From a virus (Duplodnaviria; Caudoviricetes): a stretch of 25,500 bases of DNA. The notes beneath the pieces are model-generated. The model searched no databases. It was not told the origin of the DNA and was given only the letters and a program-made list of their open reading frames with translations. The DNA lies in the IMG/VR virus record IMGVR_UViG_3300007513_000185, positions 1 to 25,500 of that record. The stretch is one strand, 5' to 3'. Below, in pieces: positions 1 through 6,666 of this stretch. Each line of letters begins with the position of its first letter. Within the stretch, counting starts at the first letter, position 1. Made by a program: the position numbers and the translations under genes.

Positions 1-698
1 TCTTCGGACGCGGGACAGAGAGTCTCGTTCTCCGCCATGTCGTCCAGCCCGCGCCCAACCCGGAAGGTCCGCCAGCCACGCCGTTGGGCACGTCGTGCTT
101 CCCGTTCGGATTCGACGGAGGCCATAACGTACGGACGCAACCTATCGACGTTACGGCGGAGAATGGAACCGCGGGGGGCGTTCCACTGGTGGGTATAGCC
201 GGTCCAGCCGGATACCACGATAGTATCCACCGCGTGGGCCCACACGTCCGCAGGGATTGCAGCGGGATCGCCCCATGATCCCATACGTAGTTTCCAACCG
301 TCGGGAGCGTGAACGTCCATGTCGGCGCCTATGATGGCGGATGACAATGCGTAGTCGCTCCCACATGTGGCGTAGTCCGGGTAGCCGCCACGGGAAGCAC
401 AACGGTGAACCGCTAACGGTGCCTTGCCGACATCCACGTAGCACGTACGGGTGTCATCGTCGTCGTCGTCGGGTCGGTAGGCGTGGCTGCAATCCCCACA
501 CACGGATCGATCCGCGCCGTTACGTGCCGCCGTCGGCGGCTCCACGGATTCCGGCATGATCCACGTTTGGATCATGTCCCCTGTTTTCCCGTTATCGGAT
601 TCCACGCGGAATCCGGTAGCCACGCCGATTATCGGGGCGCCGTCAATCATGGACGGACCCCTGTAGAAAACGGCGCCGTTCCTGTTTAGCGGCGCCAT
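1..698 (-). CDS. Cys-rich conserved phage protein (possibly Gp88-like / Fe-S binding), truncated at window start
   Basis: Absent from the ORF track because no stop lies in the window. My translation from ATG 698 (GGAG upstream): MAPLNRNGAVFYRGPSMIDGAPIIGVATG...NGKTGDMIQTWIM...SVCGDC...TCYV...RMGSWGDPAAIP...TGYTHQW...MASVES...GWRTFRV...ETLCPAS. I recognise these blocks from a widespread phage hypothetical family; the family name is tentative. Confidence 0.8.
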   Translation of the reverse strand, partial: MAPLNRNGAVFYRGPSMIDGAPIIGVATGFRVESDNGKTGDMIQTWIMPESVEPPTAARNGADRSVCGDCSHAYRPDDDDDDTRTCYVDVGKAPLAVHRCASRGGYPDYATCGSDYALSSAIIGADMDVHAPDGWKLRMGSWGDPAAIPADVWAHAVDTIVVSGWTGYTHQWNAPRGSILRRNVDRLRPYVMASVESEREARRAQRRGWRTFRVGRGLDDMAENETLCPASE

Positions 699-772
699 GA
701 CGCTATCTCCGTTGCAATCTCAAGTATCGCGAACCCGATGGCCACGACGGCCACTACGCTCAAGGTTCCCAT
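686..772 (-). CDS. 28-aa single-TM membrane peptide
   Basis: MGTLSVVAVVAIGFAILEIATEIASWRR. Strong RBS GGAGGAACCGAC-ATG; overlaps the start of the downstream gene. Confidence 0.6.
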   Translation of the reverse strand: MGTLSVVAVVAIGFAILEIATEIASWRR

Positions 773-1108
773 GTCGGTTCCTCCAATGCGGGCCCATTCC
801 CGCTCCCCCACACTACCACTAATTCGTGACGGCTCACGGATTCCACCGGGGGGGGGGCGCCCATGCCCCGACCTGGTGCCCCGGGCGAGGGGCCTCACCC
901 TGGCACGCCGGGGTTCCCGAGCTGGGCGCGTGGCCAACCGCGTCCGATGGGCCCCGGCCACGTCTCGAGGCCCTCGGGTGACGGGCGGAGCTGGGCGCGA
1001 CCTGGCGCCCACTTGGTGCCCTGGTAGCGGGCGGAGATGGCCTCGGGGTGCGTGCGCCGAGTCCACCATCACCTACGCCGCCGGCGACGACGCGCCCTGA
1101 GGCCGGGG

Positions 1109-1765
1109 TCAACCCAGAGCCGCAGCGAAGGCGTCTTCCGTGAGGCCCCCGTGGCTGTCGTGCCAGGTCAGGACCCCTTCCCGAAACACCAGCGCCTGCG
1201 GTGACTCGTGCCGGATGTCCAGCTCCGATGTGAGCCCGCGGGCGAGACCCCGTTGGCTGATGACATCGACGACGCACACCTTCAGGGGATCGTCTCCCCT
1301 GGCGGACAGCCAGCGTTGGAAGTTCCCCTCCGCCATGGTGCTGACCGGACAGATGGGGCTCTTCTTGAAGACGACCACAGGGGCGGTCGTAGACCCCTCC
1401 TCCAGCACGCGGATCGCGGACGCCGGGTCCTCCGGGAGCTCGATCTCTTCATGGTTCATGCTGCGAGTGTTCAGGCCGGAGACCCGGTAGGTCTCGCCCC
1501 CGGAGGTGAATTCGCGGCCAAGGTCGGCGGGGTCCAGCCCGTAGCGGGGCGCCAACCGGGTGAACGCCTCGGCCTCCTTGCTCGTAACCGTGCCGTCCTC
1601 GTTGACCACGTTCGCCTCCACCTTGATCGTGGCGCGGGTGTCGGAGTACGAAGCGTTGCCGACCGTCAGTCGGACGCCGAGGCGGTCGCCCACTTCGGTC
1701 AGGGCCTCTTGCAGTTCTTCCTGAAGGGCCTTGCAGGCCTCGCGGTCGATCTTTGTGATCTTCAT
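1109..1765 (-). CDS. ytxJ: Fusion: phage hypothetical N-terminal part (1765-1460) + YtxJ/DUF2847-like monothiol thioredoxin-fold protein (1459-1109)
   Basis: The last 116 aa start at their own Met and carry VVVFKKSPICPVS (YtxJ FKHSxxCxxS-like), VDVISQRGLARGLTSELDIRHESPQALVF and WHDSH. The first 102 aa (…EAFTRLAPRYGLDPADLGREFTSGGETYRVSGLNTRS) look like an unrelated phage early protein. RBS AAAGGA upstream of 1765. The symbol applies only to the C-terminal half. Confidence 0.8.
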   Translation of the reverse strand: MKITKIDREACKALQEELQEALTEVGDRLGVRLTVGNASYSDTRATIKVEANVVNEDGTVTSKEAEAFTRLAPRYGLDPADLGREFTSGGETYRVSGLNTRSMNHEEIELPEDPASAIRVLEEGSTTAPVVVFKKSPICPVSTMAEGNFQRWLSARGDDPLKVCVVDVISQRGLARGLTSELDIRHESPQALVFREGVLTWHDSHGGLTEDAFAAALG

Positions 1766-1857
1766 CGGTCCATCCTTTCGTTGTTGGTGTCGAGCATCCA
1801 GAGAATCATGCAGACGGGGAAGAGCAGGATCATCGCCATGTAACCGATGGCCCTCAT
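1762..1857 (-). CDS. 31-aa single-TM membrane peptide
   Basis: MRAIGYMAMILLFPVCMILWMLDTNNERMDR, below the track cut-off. ATGA overlaps at both ends (1854-1857 and 1762-1765) indicate translational coupling. Confidence 0.7.
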   Translation of the reverse strand: MRAIGYMAMILLFPVCMILWMLDTNNERMDR

Positions 1858-2189
1858 GACTCTCCCTCCTGTCCGGCAGTCTGCGCCAGGGCGATCATGT
1901 CACGCACGCAGTCCAGCATGGTCTGGCCCCCGGAGGAGGCGACGCCGAACAGATAGCCCCATGCCCAATCTACAGGGTGATCGCAACTGTAGTCGTCGGC
2001 TTCGACGGCCTCGGCCAATTTTGCGAGGAGGTCCATGTCTGGCGACGGGTCCCACCACGCCTCCCCCACGATGGCCCCGACATTGTCGCAAAACATCGCC
2101 ACGTCCTTGTTGTCGCTCATGCGTCCCCCCTTGGGGCTGGCCTGAAACTCTGCGAAGGCCACGGTCGGTGCCTCATAACTCTTCGCCAT
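1854..2189 (-). CDS. Hypothetical acidic phage protein (111 aa)
   Basis: RBS AGGAGGACCGAC before ATG 2189. Alternative start 2120 follows AAGGGGGG. The track's extension to 2630 looks non-coding. Confidence 0.7.
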   Translation of the reverse strand: MAKSYEAPTVAFAEFQASPKGGRMSDNKDVAMFCDNVGAIVGEAWWDPSPDMDLLAKLAEAVEADDYSCDHPVDWAWGYLFGVASSGGQTMLDCVRDMIALAQTAGQEGES

Positions 2190-2281
2190 GTCGGTCCTCC
2201 TGTCGGGGGCCAATCCCCCTGTGGACACGGTAGCACAAATCGAGAGGACGCAAGGGTTCTCTCGTTGCCCGGGTCCCAGGG

Positions 2282-2320
2282 GGTGCCCGGAGCTCGTGCC
2301 GGGCACCAGGCCTCGAGGCC
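2282..2320. repeat. Adjacent palindromes in divergent intergenic region
   Basis: GGTGCCCGG(2282-2290)-N8-CCGGGCACC(2299-2307), then the perfect 12-bp palindrome GGCCTCGAGGCC (2309-2320). Confidence 0.75.
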
Positions 2321-2428
2321 CTCCGCCGCAGGGGTTTGCGCCCACCCTGACGTGAGCCGATGGGCCGATGGGCTCTTGATGGTTCACGGGTTTTGGGCGA
2401 TCATGTGGACATGACAAAGGAGCGCAAC

Positions 2429-2590
2429 ATGTGTGTGTGCTGCGGTCTCGTGGAGAGGCCATCCTGGCGCGAGCTCTGTGATGAGTGTCGGCGCAACGTG
2501 TCCCGGCGTTGTGCGGAGGAGCTGGAGGGCGGGAAGGACTTTCTCGTTGACTGCGACCCGGGCGACGAGGCGAAAGGAGACGACGCATGA
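2429..2590 (+). CDS. Small Zn-finger-like protein
   Basis: AAAGGAG RBS before ATG 2429; CVCC…CDEC; ATGA overlap with the next gene. Confidence 0.65.
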   Translation: MCVCCGLVERPSWRELCDECRRNVSRRCAEELEGGKDFLVDCDPGDEAKGDDA

Positions 2591-2802
2591 GCAGGCTGAT
2601 GGAGAGTACCCCGTTTGTGTCACTGACCATGGTGGCAGAGATGAAGGGTTGCTCGTGGGCCGCGGTGCAGGCGGCGGTGGAGCGGGGGGATCTCCCCTAT
2701 GTCGAGATCAAGACGAGTGAGCACCGCGCTGTGAAGGGGGTGCCGCTGGCGTCCGTGCGGAAGTGGGAACCGAGGAAGCAGGGGAGGCCGACGAATGGGT
2801 GA
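2587..2802 (+). CDS. Small HTH DNA-binding protein (excisionase-like)
   Basis: AAAGGAG RBS; SLTMVAEMKGCSWAAVQAAVERGDLP fits an HTH/Xis pattern; basic tail RKQGRP; overlaps the recombinase start. Confidence 0.7.
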   Translation: MSRLMESTPFVSLTMVAEMKGCSWAAVQAAVERGDLPYVEIKTSEHRAVKGVPLASVRKWEPRKQGRPTNG

Positions 2803-3457
2803 CAACGAGGCTATTGGTTATGTGCGAGTGAGCACGGTGGAGCAGGCGGAGAGCGGACTGGGCATGGAGGCCCAGGAGGCTCGCATCCGGGCGTACTGCC
2901 AACTGCACGATTTCCACTTAGTGGATGTCATCAGGGACGAGGGGTTGACTGGCAAGACTGCTCACCGCGAGGGTCTCCAGCGGTGCCTCACGATGCTGCG
3001 GGAGCGGGAGGACGGGGTGCGACACTTGGTGGTGTTGGACATCAGTCGTGTCGCCCGTTCCGTGCGGACGATCTTGGACATCGTGGAGGAGAGTAAGCGC
3101 GACGAGTGGGCGTTCCACTCCGTGAAGGAGCGGATCGACACAGACTCTGCGATGGGCCGGTTCGGCGTCACGATTCTGGCCGCGGTGGCCGAGTTGGAGG
3201 CGGGGTTGATCAGCGAGCGGACGCGGGCCGCCTTGCAGGCCAAGGCAGCGCGGGGGGAGGACTTCAACCGCCATCGGGCAGACCGGGGCCTCCCCGTGGA
3301 CACCCGCGTGGCCTTGGAGACGTTGCTCTCTGGCAACTACACCACGAGGGAGGTTGCCAACCACCTGAACGCTCGCAACATGCCGACCGCTCAGGGGCGA
3401 CCGTGGACGCATCAGGCGATATCTCGCCTTCGCCGCCGTCGCGAGGCTGCGTCTTGA
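2795..3457 (+). CDS. Small serine recombinase (resolvase/invertase family)
   Basis: GYVRVSTVEQ (catalytic Ser), DEGLTGK…REGL, DISRVARS, IDTDSAMGRF…AELEAGLISERTRAAL, and a C-terminal DNA-binding segment VANHLNARNMPTAQGRPW. GGGAGG RBS. Confidence 0.95.
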   Translation: MGDNEAIGYVRVSTVEQAESGLGMEAQEARIRAYCQLHDFHLVDVIRDEGLTGKTAHREGLQRCLTMLREREDGVRHLVVLDISRVARSVRTILDIVEESKRDEWAFHSVKERIDTDSAMGRFGVTILAAVAELEAGLISERTRAALQAKAARGEDFNRHRADRGLPVDTRVALETLLSGNYTTREVANHLNARNMPTAQGRPWTHQAISRLRRRREAAS

Positions 3458-3729
3458 CCGACCCTCTGGTGCGCCGCGAGCGCATAAACCAGTGGTGGCT
3501 GCGGATTAAGGTGCTTGATGACAAGGCCCGCACTGTCCATCTGGCGCGAGAGGTCAGGAGCGGCCCTGGGGGTGAGGATCAATTGTTGAGGGCGCACGCT
3601 CGACTGGGGGCGGAGGTGGCGGATAGGATGCTCCCGTTCTTGAGGGAACTCTTTCGAGAAGTGGAAGCCACCCTCGGGTACGCAGTTTCTGGGGAGGTGC
3701 AGGTTGGCGATAATCCTCGCGAGGGTTAG
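3454..3729 (+). CDS. Hypothetical protein (91 aa)
   Basis: TTG start overlaps the recombinase stop (TTGA); helical-looking sequence; ends just before the terminator. Confidence 0.55.
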   Translation: MTDPLVRRERINQWWLRIKVLDDKARTVHLAREVRSGPGGEDQLLRAHARLGAEVADRMLPFLRELFREVEATLGYAVSGEVQVGDNPREG

Positions 3730-3760
3730 AATCTCGCGTCGGTTATCCTAACCCAAGCTG

Positions 3761-3806
3761 GAGCCCCCGAAGATCATGGATCGCGATCTTCGGGGGCTCT
3801 TCTTTT
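3761..3806 (+). terminator. Intrinsic terminator at convergent gene ends
   Basis: Perfect 15-bp stem GAGCCCCCGAAGATC (3761-3775) / GATCTTCGGGGGCTC (3785-3799), 9-nt loop, followed by TTCTTTT. Confidence 0.85.
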
Positions 3807-4211
3807 GTGCTCGAAGAGAGCGAGCGAGAGCGGTTGGATCTTCGGTGCCCACCGCACGGCCTTGCCCCCGGGCTTGAGTTTGATCTTGCGCCAGCCCCAC
3901 ACCTCGACTCGGATCCCTGAGCGCATCGCCAGTTCGACCCGTGGGCTAACGTCCGGGTCGTCGAGCATCTTGCTCACACGGGCAGCGGTGTTCGACCCTG
4001 AGGTGCACTGAACTATCAGGGGTTGCTCATCGGGCGCGATGGCGATCACGTCGCCAAACCCCCACAGGTCTTTGCGTCGGACTAAGCGGAACAGAGCTGG
4101 CTGCTGCCCCTTCGCTGGCGTTGCCATGGCGGGCAGCCATCGCTCGCACACGTCGGGTGTCCAGCCCTGCTTCCGCAGATACTCAAGCGTTCTCTGGGTC
4201 GGGCTTGCCAT
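3774..4211 (-). CDS. Phage PD-(D/E)xK-like nuclease / Holliday junction resolvase-like protein
   Basis: MASPTQRTLEYLRKQGW…ERW…RKDLWGFGDVIAI…LIVQCTS…VEVWGWRK, a common phage family with an acidic nuclease-type core. GGAGG RBS. Confidence 0.7.
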   Translation of the reverse strand: MASPTQRTLEYLRKQGWTPDVCERWLPAMATPAKGQQPALFRLVRRKDLWGFGDVIAIAPDEQPLIVQCTSGSNTAARVSKMLDDPDVSPRVELAMRSGIRVEVWGWRKIKLKPGGKAVRWAPKIQPLSLALFEHKRRAPEDRDP

Positions 4212-4269
4212 GGACCTCCATGATACGGGTGCCGAGATCTATCCCGCTGAAGAGTGAGCCCACCCTCAT
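4183..4269 (-). pseudogene. Internally deleted C5 cytosine DNA methyltransferase remnant (28 aa)
   Basis: ATG 4269 overlaps the queD stop (ATGA). Translation MRVGSLFSGI-DLGTRIMEVHGKPDPENA: the start matches C5-MTase motif I (FxGxG, cut after FSGI) and LGTRIMEV resembles the C-terminal helix after motif X. Confidence 0.65.
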
Positions 4270-4688
4270 GCGCCGACTTGGTGGTCAGGGGTTGGGCGAA
4301 GGTCTCTTGCGGAGAGGTCTGGCTTCTTGCGCGTCGTTGGGGTGGTTTCCAAGACCGCCGCCGACCGTTCCGTTTCCCAGACCGTGATCTTGGTGATCGG
4401 CCAGGGACCGGCGAGTTTGTTCATGATGAACAGGGCGAGCTCCTCGGCGGTCGGGTTGTCGAGGTGGTCATTTAACACTTGGTGGTCTAAGAGGGGCTTG
4501 CAACGCCCGTCCCATCGCTCGCTGATCTCCCCGAAATCGACGACCCAACCTTTGTCGAAGTCGAGTCCACCTGAGACCTCAACCTCAACTCGATAACTAT
4601 GGCCGTGGAGGTTGTGGCACTTGTGGGTTGGATCAACGTATGGAAGGCGATGCGCCGCCTCAAACCTGAACACCTTGATGACTTTCAT
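4266..4688 (-). CDS. queD: 6-carboxy-5,6,7,8-tetrahydropterin synthase
   Basis: FRFEAAHRLP…KCHNLHGHSYRVEV (CxxxHGH), GWVVDFG, LDHQVLND, NPTAEELA, VWET. Extra C-terminal tail of about 25 aa. Confidence 0.95.
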   Translation of the reverse strand: MKVIKVFRFEAAHRLPYVDPTHKCHNLHGHSYRVEVEVSGGLDFDKGWVVDFGEISERWDGRCKPLLDHQVLNDHLDNPTAEELALFIMNKLAGPWPITKITVWETERSAAVLETTPTTRKKPDLSARDLRPTPDHQVGA

Positions 4689-5431
4689 TGCTTCCCCTTG
4701 GTAGGTAAATGGGCTGGCGCGTCTGTTGACACCAGGATTTCCTTTCGTTGGAGATCAGCGCGCCAGCCCATGACAGTGTTTTGTATCTCCCGAGTTGCCT
4801 CCCCCGCCTCTTCGCGCAGGTATCGGTGAAGCTGGTGTAGTTGCTGGTTATTGGCATTGATCCCTCCACGGAACCACCCCGTCCCGTCTACTGACTCGAT
4901 GCCAGCGTCTGAGCATCTGCGGAGTTGCCCGTATGTGTTCACGCGCCCGACGTGGACGCGGGGGCACTGCTCACACCACACCTCCAGGTTGGCCCACTTC
5001 CAGTCCCTCGTCCCGCCCATGAAAACGACATCGGCTTCGGGTGGGACATCCCCTGGAGTCATGCCATCCTGAGCTGCGAAGGCTAACGGGTAGCCGTAGG
5101 CGGAGACTTTGGGCGCCCACTCCTGCCACCTGTCGAGGGTCGCGCACTTGTCAGCGACGACATCAGGGACCACGACCCAGAGAGGTGGCTGTGCCTTGCC
5201 GCGGAAATCTCTTGCCTCCTGCGCCCACGCCAGCAGCTCCGTGAACGCCGCCTCGTCCCACGGGCGTCCCTTAGAAAAGGCTGGGTATGCCCCATTGTCT
5301 ATGGCGTAGGGGAGCCACGAGAATGGTCCCTTTTGCCCCCCTGGCGAATAGAGGTGCCCCAGTTGACCGGGGTGTTTCCCGGCCCAATAGTGGACAACAT
5401 TCGCGCAGCTGTTGGACGGCATGACCATCAT
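4685..5431 (-). CDS. TGT/DpdA-like TIM-barrel transglycosylase (putative 7-deazaguanine DNA insertion enzyme)
   Basis: Motif order matches TGT/DpdA: AIDNGAY (~DSGG), VPDVV, AQDG (~QGG), FMGG, VHVGRV (~HxLG), ESVDGT (nucleophile Asp). Short, with no evident TGT Zn site. ATGA-coupled to queD. Confidence 0.7.
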   Translation of the reverse strand: MMVMPSNSCANVVHYWAGKHPGQLGHLYSPGGQKGPFSWLPYAIDNGAYPAFSKGRPWDEAAFTELLAWAQEARDFRGKAQPPLWVVVPDVVADKCATLDRWQEWAPKVSAYGYPLAFAAQDGMTPGDVPPEADVVFMGGTRDWKWANLEVWCEQCPRVHVGRVNTYGQLRRCSDAGIESVDGTGWFRGGINANNQQLHQLHRYLREEAGEATREIQNTVMGWRADLQRKEILVSTDAPAHLPTKGKQ

Positions 5432-5757
5432 GCAGGCGAGCCCTCAGGGGTTGGCCCGTCCTTCTTCGGCTGCCCCGCCTCCATCTCCTCGTCAATCACC
5501 TTCTGCACCACGTCCAAGTCGTAGCCGTCGCTGGTCACCGCCAATGCGATCTGAGCCAGCATCTCCATGGATGTGGCCTCACGGTCAACCGTGGGCAAGG
5601 GTTGCCCCTTCTCCTCCACCCGGCCCAGGAGGAGCCGGTACGCCGCCCTCGCCGTCGCGTCTGCGATCAACTTCCGACGCATCCAGTTCTCGCGGTGTTG
5701 AGCCATGATCTTCTCGGCTTGTTTCCGCACCGTCTTATCCACTGCGCCCTCGCTCAT
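5428..5757 (-). CDS. Hypothetical protein
   Basis: ATGA overlaps on both sides; AGGAGAGG upstream; helical composition. Confidence 0.75.
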   Translation of the reverse strand: MSEGAVDKTVRKQAEKIMAQHRENWMRRKLIADATARAAYRLLLGRVEEKGQPLPTVDREATSMEMLAQIALAVTSDGYDLDVVQKVIDEEMEAGQPKKDGPTPEGSPA

Positions 5758-6110
5758 TTGATCTGTGCCTCTCCTAATTTGGTGTCCGGCGGCAACCCCC
5801 TGCTCGTCAGGAAATCACGCCATGACATGCCTTGGTCCTCGACCCGGTGGCTGGCCGCTACCCTCTCCGACTGGGCGAGCATCGCGTGGTCCTCGCGCAC
5901 CCGATCAGCAGTCTCCAAAAAGGTCGCGAGTAAATTCGCGATCCGCCTCCCCTTCTCCTTGATCAGGCGCTCGACCGTCTCCTGAAACACCTCGTCGCTC
6001 AGGTGTCCGGTCGCCTTGGAAAAGTACCGGATGGCTTCCTCGCTCAACTGGAGGTATGCGTGGAACTCCATCAGGATCGTGAATGCCCCGGCCCTGCGCC
6101 TGCTCGACAT
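5754..6110 (-). CDS. Putative helicase loader/inhibitor-like protein (G39P-like position)
   Basis: Directly downstream of and overlapping the initiator-like gene; YFSKATGHLSDEVFQETVERLI loosely resembles such proteins. Function inferred mostly from position. Confidence 0.5.
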   Translation of the reverse strand: MSSRRRAGAFTILMEFHAYLQLSEEAIRYFSKATGHLSDEVFQETVERLIKEKGRRIANLLATFLETADRVREDHAMLAQSERVAASHRVEDQGMSWRDFLTSRGLPPDTKLGEAQIK

Positions 6111-6453
6111 CGAAAGCCCTCCCTACCCGTGATCTCATCGACTGCGTCTGCTCCGGCGCCCCTCCCTGCGTCTGGAGGTATTGGCCGGAGGTCACCTTCG
6201 CCATGTTGGTGACCCCCAGGAGCCACGAGAGGCTGGCTCGCCAGGGTTTCACTTGCCCCAGGAGGAATGGCATCTGCCGCACGGAGGCGAAGTACTCCTG
6301 CCATTCCGATGGGCTCCAGCCCTCCCTGTTGATGGCCTGCTGCACCAACTTCTTGACGCCGGACGCGACGGGCCTCCGAATACCCGGTAGGTACTCGGAT
6401 AACTCCGCCATGTACGCCCCTACCACGTCGTCCACTCTGGACTTGTCGCTCAT
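5905..6453 (-). CDS. Phage replication initiator / replisome organiser, C-terminal-domain-like
   Basis: YFASVRQMPFLLGQVKPWRASLSWLLGVTNMAKVTSGQY matches the FLxG…W.A.f.WL…N..KV..G.Y motif of phage replication proteins. RBS GGGGAGGGG. Confidence 0.75.
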   Translation of the reverse strand: MSDKSRVDDVVGAYMAELSEYLPGIRRPVASGVKKLVQQAINREGWSPSEWQEYFASVRQMPFLLGQVKPWRASLSWLLGVTNMAKVTSGQYLQTQGGAPEQTQSMRSRVGRAFDVEQAQGRGIHDPDGVPRIPPVERGSHPVLFQGDRTPERRGVSGDGRAPDQGEGEADREFTRDLFGDC

Positions 6454-6471
6454 CCCCTCCCCCCTAACTCG

Positions 6472-6666
6472 CTAATTGCGCTGGATAAAGTCCTCCCACG
6501 CGAGCCGCAGACCCTTGGTGGGGGGCGGCTTGCTCGCCATCCTCACCATCATATCTGCGTCCTTGCCTGACACGGCAGCGAGTACTACCCGAGCTGCCAT
6601 GATCTGGTCGAGGGTGCAAAGGTCGCACTCACAGGTCTCTATCGTCTCTGGTGTGTGTTCGGACAC
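6472..6666 (-). CDS. Hypothetical protein with CxCxxC
   Basis: AAGGAGGG RBS before GTG; first gene of the leftward operon. Confidence 0.6.
   Translation of the reverse strand: MSEHTPETIETCECDLCTLDQIMAARVVLAAVSGKDADMMVRMASKPPPTKGLRLAWEDFIQRN

Noticed and set aside
453-470. GTC trinucleotide run as a regulatory microsatellite
   Set aside because: Encodes the poly-Asp stretch of the minus-strand gene starting at 698.
2190-2630. N-terminal extension of the track ORF 1854..2630
   Set aside because: Antisense to coupled plus-strand genes, Arg/Pro-rich, and a strong RBS marks ATG 2189.
2795-3457. Large serine integrase
   Set aside because: Only 220 aa, with no zinc-ribbon or coiled-coil region; no att site evident.
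4685-5431. Canonical tRNA-guanine transglycosylase (tgt)
   Set aside because: Much shorter than bacterial TGT, lacks the Cys/His zinc site, and lies in a phage replication operon; DNA is the likelier substrate.
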